A stretch of DNA of 64,000 nt from assembly GCA_965248835.1 (NCBI GenBank), contig CBDFLJ010000002.1, positions 2,272,001 through 2,336,000 of the forward strand, written 5' to 3'. Numbering within the stretch: position 1 is the first letter of the stretch; the number at the start of each line of letters is the position of its first letter. Position numbers and translations under genes: made by a program. Source of the stretch: Alphaproteobacteria bacterium (lineage in GTDB: Bacteria; Pseudomonadota; Alphaproteobacteria; MPNO01). Under the pieces are notes generated by a model. It searched no databases and was not told the origin of the DNA. It worked only from the letters and a program-made list of their open reading frames with translations. Shown one piece after another: positions 1 through 10,725 of this stretch.

Positions 1-86
1 GCCCGCGTTGTCTTGCAGGCCCGAAATCCATAGCCTACACGGGCTTCAACAGGGAAGGCGGCTCGTCGGAGCCTCATCGGAACGCG

Positions 87-962
87 ATGCTCGGCCAGCA
101 ATTGATCAACGGGTTGATGCTCGGCGCGTCCTACTCACTGGTCGCGATCGGCTACACGCTCATCTTCGGCGTGCTCCGCCTGCTCCATTTCGCCCATGGC
201 GAGGTGTTCATGGTGGGCGCGTTCATCGGCCTGCACATCGTCCTCTGGTTAGCCTTTGCCAATATCTATCTTGCGATCGCGGGAGCGATGGCGGTCACCT
301 CCCTGGTCGGCTGGATGATCGCCCGGTTTGCCGTGCAGCCGGTCGACAAGCGGTACCCGCTGGCGCCGCTTGTCAGCACGATCGGCGTGACGATCGTCCT
401 GCAAAACCTAGCGATCAACATCTTCGGCGGCGAGCAGGTCGCGTTCCCCGAGACCATCGAGCAAATTCTTTACCGGATCGGCCCGCTGACCATCAGTTCC
501 GTCCAGATCTTCATTCTGGTGGTGGCGCTGCTGTCGATGGCGGTGCTCTGGCTGTTCATCGACAGAACCAGGATGGGACGCGCGATCCGGGCGACTTCGG
601 AAAGCCATGAGACGGCTGCCCTCCTCGGCGTCGACGTCAACCGCGTGGTCGTCGTCACCTTCATCGTCGCATCGGCGCTGGCGGGGGTCGCCGGGGTCCT
701 CGACGGGGTCAAGAACAGCGCGATCACGCCGCATATGGGTCTCGAGGTCGCGGTCAAGGCGCTCGTCGTCATGCTGCTCGGCGGGTTGGGCAACGTGCCG
801 GGCGCGATGGTGGGCGGCATCCTGCTCGGCATGGTCGAGATTCTGACGGCGAGCTATCTCGGCACCAGCGTCCGCGACTTCTTCACCTTCGTGATCCTGA
901 TCCTGCTGCTGCTCTATCGGCCCACCGGGCTGTTCGGCACGCGGCCCACCGAGTCGGGCTAG
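87..962 (+). CDS. livH: Branched-chain amino acid ABC transporter permease (LivH-like)
   Basis: 291 aa, hydrophobic; QQLINGLMLGASYSLVAIGYTLIFG N-terminus, HFAHGE, GRAIRA and LGGLG motifs. Confidence 0.93.
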   Translation: MLGQQLINGLMLGASYSLVAIGYTLIFGVLRLLHFAHGEVFMVGAFIGLHIVLWLAFANIYLAIAGAMAVTSLVGWMIARFAVQPVDKRYPLAPLVSTIGVTIVLQNLAINIFGGEQVAFPETIEQILYRIGPLTISSVQIFILVVALLSMAVLWLFIDRTRMGRAIRATSESHETAALLGVDVNRVVVVTFIVASALAGVAGVLDGVKNSAITPHMGLEVAVKALVVMLLGGLGNVPGAMVGGILLGMVEILTASYLGTSVRDFFTFVILILLLLYRPTGLFGTRPTESG

Positions 963-976
963 GCGGGGCGGGCGCG

Positions 977-1924
977 GTGATCGACGAATATATCCGCTCG
1001 GTGCTGATCTTCGCCGGGATCAACGTCATTGCCGCCTACAGCTTCTACGTCCCGTTCAAGACCGGACAGATCTCGCTCGGACAGGCCGGGTTCATGGGGG
1101 TCGGGGCCTATGCGGCCGGTATCGTGACCGCCAAGCTCGGCCTGCCGTTCCCGCTTGGCCTGTTGGCCGGCGGCGTTGCCGCCGGGCTGATCGGCGTCGG
1201 GGTCGGTTTTCCGGCGCTCCGCATCAGGGGCATCTATTTGCTGCTGCTGACGCTCGGCTTTGCCGAGATCGTCCAGGTGATCATCCTGACCTGGGACTAT
1301 ACCGGCGGCGCGCAGGGCTTTCAGAACATCCCGTACCTGGAGAACGCCCTCATCTGGATCTACGCCATCGTTGCCGTGCTGATCGTATTCTTCGCGCGTC
1401 TCGAACGCTCCAGCCTCGGCCGCGCGATGGATTCCGTGCACGAAGACGAGACCGCGGCCGAGGTGATGGGGGTCGACGTCGTCCGCGTCAAGCTCTTCGC
1501 CTTCGGGCTCGGTGCCTTCATCGCCGGTCTCGCGGGCGCGCTCTTCGCCCATTACTCCACCTATGTCGATTCGGTCACCTTCAACATCCTCGTCGGCGTC
1601 GAGATTCTGATGTTCACCCTCGTCGGCGGCGGGTTCAGCTATTGGGGACCCCTGTTCGGCGCGATGTTCCTTTCGCTATTGCCGGAATTCCTGCGCGCGC
1701 TCAGGGATCCGATGGAGTTGATCCCCGTCTCGTGGACCGAGGACGCGCCGTGGAACTACGTCTACGACGCCGTCTACGAGTTCCTCGACTTCGAGAACGA
1801 GAAGCGCCTGATCATCTACGGCCTCGTTCTCATCGTCATGATGGTCCTCAGGCCCCAGGGCCTGATCACCCGGAGCACGATACGGCCGTTTCAATTCGTG
1901 CAGCGGCGGTTGGACAATGTCTGA
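977..1924 (+). CDS. livM: Branched-chain amino acid ABC transporter permease (LivM-like)
   Basis: GQISLGQAGFMGVGAY, LLTLGFAEI and RPQGL motifs; follows livH. Confidence 0.92.
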   Translation: MIDEYIRSVLIFAGINVIAAYSFYVPFKTGQISLGQAGFMGVGAYAAGIVTAKLGLPFPLGLLAGGVAAGLIGVGVGFPALRIRGIYLLLLTLGFAEIVQVIILTWDYTGGAQGFQNIPYLENALIWIYAIVAVLIVFFARLERSSLGRAMDSVHEDETAAEVMGVDVVRVKLFAFGLGAFIAGLAGALFAHYSTYVDSVTFNILVGVEILMFTLVGGGFSYWGPLFGAMFLSLLPEFLRALRDPMELIPVSWTEDAPWNYVYDAVYEFLDFENEKRLIIYGLVLIVMMVLRPQGLITRSTIRPFQFVQRRLDNV

Positions 1925-2717
1925 GGCGACCGACGGCCTGTGCCTCCGGGCGGCCGGCCTGACCAAGCGGTTCGGCGGTTTCCATGCGCTCCGCGATGTC
2001 GATATCGCGGTGCGCGAGGGGAGCATCCACGCGGTGATCGGCCCCAACGGCGCCGGCAAGACGACGCTGTTCAACCTCCTGTCCGGGGTCGTGGCGCCCG
2101 ATTCCGGAGACATCCACTTTCGCGACCGGCCGCTCGGGCGGCTCAGGCCGCACCGGCGCGCGGCGCTCGGCATCGCCAGGACCTTCCAGAACATTCGCCT
2201 GTTCGGCCACATGACCGTGCTCGAGAACGTGATGCTCGGCGAACACTGGCGCACCTACCCGTCGCTCTGGCGGTCGTTCCTGAAGGCGGCCCTGCACCGC
2301 CCGTTCGGAGAGGCCCGGGAGGAGACCGAGATGCGGCGCCGGGCGCTGGAGACCCTCGAATTCGTCGGGCTCGCGGGGAAGCGCCATTCCATGGCGACGG
2401 ATCTGCCCTATGGCGAGCAGCGCCTGCTGGAGCTCGGCCGCGCGCTCGCGATGGAGCCGCGGCTTCTGCTTCTGGACGAGCCGTCGGCGGGGATGAACAT
2501 CCGGGAGACCGAGGATCTCGACACGCTGATCTGCCGGGTGCGCGACCGGGGCGTGACCGTCGCTCTCGTCGAGCACGACATGAACCTGGTGATGGGAATT
2601 TCCGATTGGATCACGGTGCTCAATTTCGGCAACAAGATCGCCGAAGGGCGTCCGTCCGAGGTGCAGCGCAATCCCACGGTCATCGAGGCCTATCTCGGCG
2701 AAGAGGAGATGCTGTGA
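1917..2717 (+). CDS. livG: ABC transporter ATP-binding protein (LivG-like)
   Basis: Walker A GPNGAGKTT, ARTFQNIRLF, LPYGEQR, LLLLDEP, VIEAYLG. Confidence 0.94.
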   Translation: MSEATDGLCLRAAGLTKRFGGFHALRDVDIAVREGSIHAVIGPNGAGKTTLFNLLSGVVAPDSGDIHFRDRPLGRLRPHRRAALGIARTFQNIRLFGHMTVLENVMLGEHWRTYPSLWRSFLKAALHRPFGEAREETEMRRRALETLEFVGLAGKRHSMATDLPYGEQRLLELGRALAMEPRLLLLDEPSAGMNIRETEDLDTLICRVRDRGVTVALVEHDMNLVMGISDWITVLNFGNKIAEGRPSEVQRNPTVIEAYLGEEEML

Positions 2718-3433
2718 CGATCCTCGAGATCGACGATCTCCACGCCGGCTACGGCCAGATCCGGGTGCTGCACGGGGTCGCCCTCTCCATCGAGCGCGGC
2801 GAGATCGTCGCCCTCATCGGTGCCAACGGGGCCGGGAAGACCACGCTTTTGAAAACGATTTCCGGGCTGATCCGGCCGACCGGCGGACGGGTTGTCTTCT
2901 CGGGCCGAGACATCGCCCGGCAACCGGCGCACAGGACGGTCGAGATGGGGATCTGCCAGGTCGCGGAGGGGCGGGCAATCCTCAAGCGGATGACGGTCCT
3001 CGAAAACCTCAAGATGGGGGCGCATACGAGGAGGGATGCGGAAATCGACGCGGATATCGGAGAGATGCTGGAGAAATTTCCGGCGCTCCACGAACGGCAA
3101 ACGCTGCCGGCCGGAACCCTGAGCGGCGGCGAGCAGCAGATGCTGGCGATCGGCCGGGCGTTAATGGCGCGGCCCAAATTGTTGCTGCTGGACGAGCCCT
3201 CGCTCGGCCTGGCGCCGATGATAATCACTCAGATTTTCCGCACGCTGCGCGATCTCAGGGAGGAGGGCAATACGATCTTCCTCGTCGAGCAGAACGCCCG
3301 GCGGGCGCTCCAGCTCGCGGATCGGGGCTACGTGATGGAGCGGGGGCGGATCGCCCTTGAAGGCTTGGGCGAGAATCTCTTGAACGATCCCGGGGTTCAG
3401 CGCACCTATCTTGGGAAACACGCCGGCGAGTAG
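2714..3433 (+). CDS. livF: ABC transporter ATP-binding protein (LivF-like)
   Basis: GTG at 2714 overlaps the livG stop (GTGA); GANGAGKTT, LSGGEQQM, LLDEPSLGLAP; this is the C-terminal part of track ORF 1940..3433. Confidence 0.93.
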   Translation: MTILEIDDLHAGYGQIRVLHGVALSIERGEIVALIGANGAGKTTLLKTISGLIRPTGGRVVFSGRDIARQPAHRTVEMGICQVAEGRAILKRMTVLENLKMGAHTRRDAEIDADIGEMLEKFPALHERQTLPAGTLSGGEQQMLAIGRALMARPKLLLLDEPSLGLAPMIITQIFRTLRDLREEGNTIFLVEQNARRALQLADRGYVMERGRIALEGLGENLLNDPGVQRTYLGKHAGE

Positions 3434-3681
3434 CGCGGTTCCCCGGCATCGAGGCGGTTTCGCTTCCGATCCTCCTCCCGTCCCCGCAAGCGCGGGGAGG
3501 GACACTTCATTTCGTCATGATCGGCCTGCGCCGACCATGACGAAGCGGGGCAACGCCGGTAACGGTTCCAACGAAACCGGACACCCTCCGGTTCGATTCC
3601 CCGGGAACGGGATCGAAACCGGGCTACCTGACAGCGCGAAATGCGGCTATCCTGGCTGTAAATCAGATGAGGAGGCATCCG

Positions 3682-4851
3682 ATGATGAAACGACAATTAT
3701 TGCTGGCGACGACCGTCGGCGCGGCTGCTTTGGTGGCGTTCTCGGCGATGCCCGGGGCGGCCGAGCTCTCCGGTCGGTCGGTGAAGGTGGGTGCCCTGGT
3801 GCCGGTGACCGGCAAGGGGGCGGAGTGGGGCTATACGGCACGCGAGTCGATCAAGATCGCCCAGGACGAGATCAACACCGCGGGCGGCATTGGCGGGGTT
3901 CCGCTGAAGGTCATTTACTGGGACACCCAGTCGAAGGAATCCGAGGGCATCAAGGGCTTCAAGAAGCTGGTGACCCGCGACAAGGTGCTCGCGGTGATGG
4001 GGCCCTGCTTCAGCTCGATCTACGAGATTCTGGCGCCGCAGCTCGAGCGCTACAAGGTGCCGATGATCTCCTATTGCTCGTCCAAGCCCGGGCTCTCGGC
4101 GATGAGCCAATGGGCGTTCAGAAACACGCTCACCAGCGACAAGCAGCTCGACCCGGTGGTCAAGGCGTGGGTCGGCGAATACAAGATAAAGTCGGCCGTG
4201 ATTATCCATGACCTCGAAGACGCCGTTTCCAAGGCCGAAGGCGCCAAGATCCTTCCGGTGCTGCTCAAGAAATACGGCGTCAAGCTGCTCGACATGTTGA
4301 CCTACCGGACCAAGGACACCGATTTCTCGGCCCAGATCACCAAAGCCAAGGCGCTCAACCCGGACGGAGTGGCGCTGGGCTCGTGCTATCAGCAGGCTGC
4401 CGGGATCGTAAAGGAGGCCCGCAAGCAGGGCCTCGCGGCGCCCTTCGTCGGCGGGGCCTGCTCGGGCTCGCCCGGGTTCATCCAGCTCGGCGGCAAGGCG
4501 ACCGAGGGCAGCTACATGTCGACGGCCGCGTGGATCGACGATCCGAGAGCGTCGGTGCAGGCCTATGTGAAGAAGATCCAGGCCGCCAACAAGGGCAGGA
4601 AGCCGCCCTATGGCGGTCCCCGGTCCTATGATTCCACCTACATCCTGAAGATGATCATGGAGGGTCAGGGGGTCACCAACAAGTCCGGCGACCTCGAAGC
4701 CGACCGGGATCGCATCCGCCAAGGCTGGGCGGCGTTGAAGGGCTATGACGGGATTTCCGGCGAGACGACCATGAACGAGGTCGGCGACGGCTCGGGCGCG
4801 AGCGCCATTCTCAAGGTGGTCGCCGGCAAATACGTCAACGTGAACAAGTAG
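3682..4851 (+). CDS. ABC transporter periplasmic substrate-binding protein (LivJ/K family)
   Basis: RBS GAGGAGG before ATG; signal peptide; EINTAGGIGG and DFSAQITK motifs. Confidence 0.9.
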   Translation: MMKRQLLLATTVGAAALVAFSAMPGAAELSGRSVKVGALVPVTGKGAEWGYTARESIKIAQDEINTAGGIGGVPLKVIYWDTQSKESEGIKGFKKLVTRDKVLAVMGPCFSSIYEILAPQLERYKVPMISYCSSKPGLSAMSQWAFRNTLTSDKQLDPVVKAWVGEYKIKSAVIIHDLEDAVSKAEGAKILPVLLKKYGVKLLDMLTYRTKDTDFSAQITKAKALNPDGVALGSCYQQAAGIVKEARKQGLAAPFVGGACSGSPGFIQLGGKATEGSYMSTAAWIDDPRASVQAYVKKIQAANKGRKPPYGGPRSYDSTYILKMIMEGQGVTNKSGDLEADRDRIRQGWAALKGYDGISGETTMNEVGDGSGASAILKVVAGKYVNVNK

Positions 4852-4857
4852 CCTCGT

Positions 4858-4892
4858 CCCCGGGAACGGGGCCCCGCGGCGCCGTTCCCGGG
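4858..4892 (+). terminator. GC-rich hairpin after the liv operon
   Basis: cccgggaacgg ... ccgttcccggg inverted repeat just after the stop; no U-tract. Confidence 0.45.
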
Positions 4893-4913
4893 CGACCCTA
4901 GGGCAAGCCCGCG

Positions 4914-5006
4914 CCCTTCGATACGCCGCTTCGCGGTTACTCAGAGTGGGGGTAGACCACGAATCTCCCTCATCCCGAGTAGGCGCGAGAGCGCCGTATC
5001 GAGAGA
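4914..5006. repeat. REP-like palindromic intergenic element
   Basis: tcgatacg...tactc arm pairs imperfectly with gagta...cgtatcga; resembles palindromic repeats common in Alphaproteobacteria. Confidence 0.5.
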
Positions 5007-5109
5007 CGCACGCTTTCGGCGCCCTCCCCCGCCCTTCCCCGACGCGCCGAGGTAATGCACAAAAGGGGGTGGCGAGGGAGAGCGAATGATCGCGCGCATT
5101 CTTTCGGCG

Positions 5110-5195
5110 GGGCCGTCGAGGCGCGGACGGTTACCGACTCGGCCGGCCGTGTCTTCGAAATCCCCGACAACGTCACCCGCGTGGCCGCTGCGAGG
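5110..5195 (+). pseudogene. Remnant of an iron/cobalamin ABC substrate-binding protein N-terminus
   Basis: ARTVTDSAGRVFEIPDNVTRV is the typical start of the mature domain; it does not continue. Confidence 0.45.
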
Positions 5196-5272
5196 CCTCG
5201 CAGATCGCCTCGACGTCCGCCGTGTCGTTCTTCTGCCGCTTTACGAACGGCTCTGGTTAGAAACCCGGCCGC

Positions 5273-5875
5273 TCAGATCTCCGTCACGCCGGCGCGCTCG
5301 CAGAGATACTCCCACGTGCGATCGTGACCGCGCATCGTGCGCTGGCCGGTCTCGTTCACGAAATCGATCTGGCCTTGGGTCAGATATTTGATCGGCCCGA
5401 GCTTCAGCCCATCGAGAATCGCAATCGCGTTGCGTTTCATCGCCAGCGCGATACCCACGGCGTTAGGAATCGTCGCGCCGGCCACGGTCGCGCCGTGAGC
5501 TCGCATGATCACCGCCCGGCCCCGACTGAGCACGGCGGAAAGGTCCTGGCCTTGATCGTTGGTCGTGACCAGGAAGTCGGTGTCTCCGAATTTGTCGGTG
5601 ATATCCCAAACCGGTACCGGCCCGCCGATGACCCGCGCGTTGTGGGTTGCCGGCCGCATCTCGCTTCCAGTGACGGCGAATGGAAGGACTTCCTGGCAGT
5701 GGTGGTGGATCACCGACTGCACGTCCGGCCGTGCTTGAAAGGTCATGCCGTGTATCGGCCGCTCGATATAGAGCGGCGTATCGGTGGGCTTGACCGGCGT
5801 GTTGTCGAGGTTGAACTCGACGAGATCATCCATCGTCACCAAGCTGGGACTGCGCGAGCGCGACAGGAAGTAGGT
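5273..5875 (-). pseudogene. Class II aldolase/adducin family gene, C-terminal part (N-terminus at 28451-28571)
   Basis: YIERPIHG, RPDVQSVIHHH and MRAHGATVAG metal motifs; starts abruptly at the IS end with ACCT. Confidence 0.88.
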
Positions 5876-7207
5876 GGAGACCTCTAACAACCGGGGGATT
5901 TGACGAAGATTTCGGTGTGCTGTCCGACTTTCGCTGAGATCGGCGGTGTTGACGTCCGCAATCATCCGCCGTTTCGTTCTCGGCGGAGGGTTTTGGCGCT
6001 ATTCGGGCGGACTCATGCCATGGCGGCGCTGCGCTCATGGAAGATCAGACGCTGGAAATTATAAGCCAGGTTGGCGAGGCCGATCTTGGCCGCCGCCCGC
6101 TCGAGCCCGATGGTACGGACGAACAGGCCCATGCGATCCTTCTGCTGGGCGAAGACGTGCTCGACATGCGCACGGACCGCTGACTTGCGGGCATTGGCCC
6201 GGGCGGTCGCCTTGGGCATGGCCCGGCCCGGCGGCTTCTTGCGGTGGATGTGGGAGACCCGACCCTTGCCGGCCAGCCACGCCTCGTTGGCCTTCGAGCG
6301 ATAGGCGCTGTCGGCCCACACGCCGGCGGCCAGATTGTCGCCGGTGACGAGATGACGCAACATCTTGCCGTCATGGCGGGCGGCATCGGTCACTGCCGAG
6401 CTGCGGATGAAGCCGTAGGCCCGATCGATGACGACATGGGCTGCGCGGGCTTACGCCGCGCCACTGGCGCGACGGTCCTGCTCGCTGTAGCCGAACACCG
6501 GGATCGCGATGTCGGGCATGCGCCGTTGCGCCCCGGCGGGGTTCTTGCGCCGCCCGGTCTTCACCGTCCACCGCGCATCCGTGTCCTTCTGCGCCGCCTT
6601 GGCCGGCTGATCGGGCCAGATCTCGGATGCCCTCTTGCCTGCCTTGATCGCCGCCTTCTCGTCGTCGCTGTTGCGCTGCTTGGGCGCCGATACCAACGTC
6701 GCATCGACGATCTGCCCGCCCATCGCCAGATAGCCGCACCGGCGCAGTTCGCCATCGAAGGCGGCAAACAGCTTATCCATCGCCCCGGCCCGGACCAGAC
6801 GCTCGCGAAAGATCCATATGGTGTTGCGGTCCGGCGTCGGCGCTCCGAGATCGAAGCCCAGGAAGCGAAGCCAGCTCAAGCGGTCGCGGATCAGAAACTC
6901 CATCCGCTCGTCGCTCACCGTGTGCCGCGCGGCCAGGATCAGTACCTTGAACATCGCCACCGCATCGTAGGCCGGGCGGCCGCCTTTCGATCCGTCCGAA
7001 TAGCCCAGCGCCGCCTCAAGCGGCGCGCGGAAAATCTCGAAGTCGACGACCTGCGCCAGCACCTCCAACGGATCGCCCGTCGCCGATAGCTTCCGAAGAT
7101 GATCCGGTAAGCCGAACAGACCAGCCTGCCTCATCAATACCTCCTCGAACCGAACCGCCGCAGAGAATCACAACCAGGCAAAATTCGCGAGGTAAATGGA
7201 GGCGTCC
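5876..7207 (-). mobile_element. IS5-family element, copy 1 (1332 bp); transposase 6013-7134 interrupted by an in-frame TAA
   Basis: Ends GGACGCCTC / GAGGTCTCC; GGRPAYD, IVDATL, ADSAY and VEHVF motifs; near-identical to 28572-29903 in inverted orientation. Confidence 0.92.
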
Positions 7208-7298
7208 AGCTCGGCGCGAGTGCCGATTCTCTCCCGACTCTGCCTCATCGATCGATGGATCGAAGAGAGGAGGCAGGGGCTCGATGAAGAGGATCGGC

Positions 7299-7432
7299 AT
7301 GATGAGCATCAAGGAGATTCTTCGGCACCGTCACGGGCTGGGCTTGCCGCTGGCGCAGCTAGGGGTCGCGACCGGCGTGAGCGCGGGGACGGTCTCGCAC
7401 GTTCTGGAGCGTGCGTCGGCGGCGGGGCTGGC
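7299..7432 (+). pseudogene. IS21-family IstA N-terminal HTH fragment
   Basis: MMSIKEILRHRHGLGL...GVSAGTVSHVLERASAAGL; similarity is lost afterwards. Confidence 0.6.
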
Positions 7433-8030
7433 CGAAGCGGTGGCGCTGGATGTGCTCCAGATCTGGATCTCAGACCTGCACCGCACGGTCGAGGAGCGCG
7501 CCGGGACGCTCGACATCGCCGACGGCGACCAGCTCGACAAGTGGCGCGAGGGATTGCGCGTCAACCGCATCGCGCCCGCCCGCCACCGCGCGCAGGGGCT
7601 GGAGCGTTTCAACACCGCGCTCGCGGTGGTGGAAAAACTCCACCTGATCGAGACCGAGCTCGCCAGCGCGCTCTCGGCCGATCTGCGCGCCGCGCTCGCC
7701 TTCTCGCGCGGCGGCGCGGCCGCCGGGTCGCGGTAGTCCCGCGGGAATCGCGTCTCCATATACGAGATCTTCACCCTCGGCGGCGGCGCCTACCTCGTCG
7801 ACCTGCTGAACGCGGTCGCGGCGATCGCCGGCGGCGGGGCCTATGTGGATCAGGCCCAGCTCGCCGGCGCCGCCGGGATCGGCTGGGTCCCGTTCCGCAC
7901 CGCCTTCGGGGGATCGTGGAAGGACAACGCCAAGTGGATGCCGCTGTTCGTCACCGTCTGGGGCGCGATGATCGTGCCCAAGGCGACGGTCCGGGTGGTC
8001 GACCGGCTCGATCCGGCGCTGGCACCTTGA
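7433..8030 (+). pseudogene. Remnants of F-type conjugation genes (traH 3' end and traG 5' end)
   Basis: YEIFTLGGGAYLVDLLNAVAAIAGGG at ~7760 is a typical TraG_N start; the preceding ORF end fits TraH by position; frameshifted and truncated by IS6. Confidence 0.55.
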
Positions 8031-8515
8031 TGAGGTGTTTGTCTGGATCAACGGCGCGACACATCATCTATGGCGCGCGGTTGATCACGAAGGGGAGGTG
8101 CCTGGGGTTTTTGCCGCGAAGCGGCGGGGTCGCAGGGCAGCGCTGAAGTTGCTGAAGCGCACGATGAAGCGCTATGGCCGGCCGGCTTCGGTCATACCGG
8201 GCGGCGTTGCAGGGGATCGGCAACGAGGTTCGCCAAGAGACCGGACGACGGCTCGACAACCGGGCCGAAAACGCGCACCAGCCGATCCGAGGACGAGAAC
8301 GGACGATGGTCAAATTCAGGGACGTAGAGACCGAGCAAAAATCCGCCGCCGTCCACGCCTCGATCCACAACCGCTTCAACCACCAACGCATCTCGACCGC
8401 CGCGACATTTTCAAACAAGACCGAGCCGCCGCCCTGGCCGAGTGGCGTCAACGAGCAGCCTGAAGGCGCTCGATTGCAGGTTCTACAAGTCCTGTCCTGT
8501 TAGTCTGACAATGCC
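8030..8515 (+). mobile_element. IS6-family transposase remnant with right terminal IR
   Basis: DEVFVWING..HLWRAVDHEGEV, NRAENAHQP; frameshifted; ends in gttagtctgacaatgcc. Confidence 0.85.
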
Positions 8516-8672
8516 TAGAATGGGGCCGGTCACGGGCCGTGAGACCGGGTTCCGGACAGCGGCCGAATAGGCACGGCATTTATCCGCGACCAGAGTGCGT
8601 GGCGCCCTGCCTTGTCTCTTCAGCAGCTTCCGCGTCAACTTACGGGCTGCAAGTGTGTCTCGCTCGCCGTGT
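8516..8672 (-). pseudogene. Second IS6-family transposase fragment
   Basis: RKLLKRQGRAPRTLVADKCRAYSAA. Confidence 0.65.
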
Positions 8673-8698
8673 AAACCAATTGCTGGAGGAAACTTGAC

Positions 8699-9340
8699 TT
8701 GACCGATATTGGCGTTGACGAGATGACGGCCGCGGTGATCGCCATAGACTGCCACCGCGGGCACCTGGACCCCGAGGTGGCGACCATGCCGGCGGCACCC
8801 GATGTGGCGCAGCGCCTGATCGAGGCGAACCGGCGCTTCCTCGGGCAGTGCCGAGAGCGCGGCGTTCCCATCGTTCACGTCGTCACCTCGTACCGCGACG
8901 TTGCGGAGATCCGGGCCAATCCATTCTGGCACACGCGTGCCGACGACGCCGAAGCGACGCGCAAGAACGTCGAGCGGCACAACATCGAAGGGTCAGTCGG
9001 CTGCGAGATCATTCCATCCCTCTTTGACGCGGCCAACGACTGGGTGGTCGATACCAAGAAGCGCTATGACTGCTTCGTTGGCACCGACCTCGATTTCTTG
9101 CTGAAGTCGCATGGGGTCAACACGCTCCTCATTACCGGCATCAACACCAACAGCTGTGTGCTGGCCACGGTCGCCGCCGCCAACGTGCGCGACTACGCCC
9201 CCGTCGTTGTCGAGGACTGTGTCGATACCATGGATGGGCCGGAGCTGCATGACGCGGCGCTCTTGTGCATCAGGACGGCGCTAGGCTGGGTGATGAGCAG
9301 CGAGCGCGTCGTCCAGAGCCTACTGGAAGGTACCTCATGA
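8699..9340 (+). CDS. Isochorismatase-family cysteine hydrolase
   Basis: Asp-Lys-Cys triad (IDCH, KKRYDCF, TNSCVLAT); RBS GGAGG. Confidence 0.88.
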   Translation: MTDIGVDEMTAAVIAIDCHRGHLDPEVATMPAAPDVAQRLIEANRRFLGQCRERGVPIVHVVTSYRDVAEIRANPFWHTRADDAEATRKNVERHNIEGSVGCEIIPSLFDAANDWVVDTKKRYDCFVGTDLDFLLKSHGVNTLLITGINTNSCVLATVAAANVRDYAPVVVEDCVDTMDGPELHDAALLCIRTALGWVMSSERVVQSLLEGTS

Positions 9341-9489
9341 GCCGGCCCTCAGGCGAGGGTTTGGCCAGGCCTGGAACGATATAAAGACGAAGAAATTGGC
9401 CGCCGCATAAGACGGTCGGGACACGGGCAAAGGCCTCATACGAGCGCGCGCCGCCGGGGCCGGAGGAAGCGAGAGGAGCCGAGAGAAAA

Positions 9490-10713
9490 ATGGAAAAGAA
9501 ACTGATCGACCAGATCACGGAAGACCGGGGAGCGCACTACGAGCCCTATGGCTGGCACCATTGGCCGGATCATCCCTGGTTCACCTACCAATTCCGGCGT
9601 GGCCTCGGCGAAACCCAGGAAGGCGGCGGCGCCGTCAGCGAATGCTTCCAGGTGGCTAGCCGAGTGATTCCGGGGGACGCCGAGAGCTGGCACAAGGAGT
9701 GGCTGGCCACGGCCGAGCGCAACCTGGAGCGCGGAAGCGCGGCGGAACAGGCCGGCCACATCCAGACGGCGAAGAACTGCTGGCTGCGCGCCGTCGACTA
9801 CTTTCGCCAGGCCGAATTCTTCCTGGCCCCGCGGGACCCGCGGCGCCTCGCCACGTTCGAGAAGATGGAATCCTGCTCGCGGAGCTTCCTCGGCCATCTG
9901 GTGCCACCCGGCGAGGTCGTGAAGATATCCTATGAGAACCGCACCCATCTTGACGCTTACTTCGTGCCGGCGCCCTACGATATCCCCAAAAAGCCCGTCC
10001 TCATTTCATTCGGCGGTCTCGATTCTATCAAGGATGAGATGTGGTTCATGACCGGGCGCGGCGCGCTTCAACGCGGCATCTCGATGCTGATGGTCGACGG
10101 GCCGGGACAGGGCGGCCCCTTGCGCCGCCAGGGCATCAACACGCGCCACGACTACGAGGTGCCGGTCGGCGCCTGCATCGACTACTTGGAGACCCGCGAC
10201 GACGTCGATACCTCAAAGCTCGCCGTCAGCGGGTCCAGCCTCGGCGGCTACTACGCGGCTCGCGCCGGCTCCTTCGAGCACAGGCTGGCCGGGGTCATCT
10301 CCCACGGCGCCATCTGGAGCATCGCCGAGTTTTGGGAAGGCGCCGGCGATGACCATGGCCTGGCCACCCACATTAAATGGGTGTTCGGCGCGTCTTCCAT
10401 GAAAGAGGCGTTGGAGATGGCTGTTCCTTTCACCCTCGACGGCGCCCTGGAAAACATGGAGTGCCCTTATCTCATCGTGCACGGCGGCTTCGACGTGCTG
10501 GGCGTCGCGCAGGCGAGGCAGGTTTACGAATACGCCAAATCGAAAGGGGTCGACATCACCCTGAAGATGATCGAGCCCGAGGAGACCGGCGCCGAGCACT
10601 GCCAGCACGACAACCCGACCATCGGCCAGGAGTACATGGCGGACTGGCTGGTCGACCTGTTCGGCATCGACGAGAGGGATCTGTTGCAGAGGACGCTGAA
10701 GCCAATTTTTTGA
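9490..10713 (+). CDS. Alpha/beta hydrolase, 2,6-dihydroxypseudooxynicotine hydrolase/FrsA-like
   Basis: GGLDS, DGPGQG, nucleophile GSSLGG, HCQ C-terminal His. Confidence 0.85.
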   Translation: MEKKLIDQITEDRGAHYEPYGWHHWPDHPWFTYQFRRGLGETQEGGGAVSECFQVASRVIPGDAESWHKEWLATAERNLERGSAAEQAGHIQTAKNCWLRAVDYFRQAEFFLAPRDPRRLATFEKMESCSRSFLGHLVPPGEVVKISYENRTHLDAYFVPAPYDIPKKPVLISFGGLDSIKDEMWFMTGRGALQRGISMLMVDGPGQGGPLRRQGINTRHDYEVPVGACIDYLETRDDVDTSKLAVSGSSLGGYYAARAGSFEHRLAGVISHGAIWSIAEFWEGAGDDHGLATHIKWVFGASSMKEALEMAVPFTLDGALENMECPYLIVHGGFDVLGVAQARQVYEYAKSKGVDITLKMIEPEETGAEHCQHDNPTIGQEYMADWLVDLFGIDERDLLQRTLKPIF

Positions 10714-10725
10714 GGGCGCCCGAAC

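Noticed and set aside
3434-3660. Several hairpins between livF and the binding-protein gene as a riboswitch
   Set aside because: No recognisable aptamer consensus; more likely REP-like or mRNA-stability hairpins
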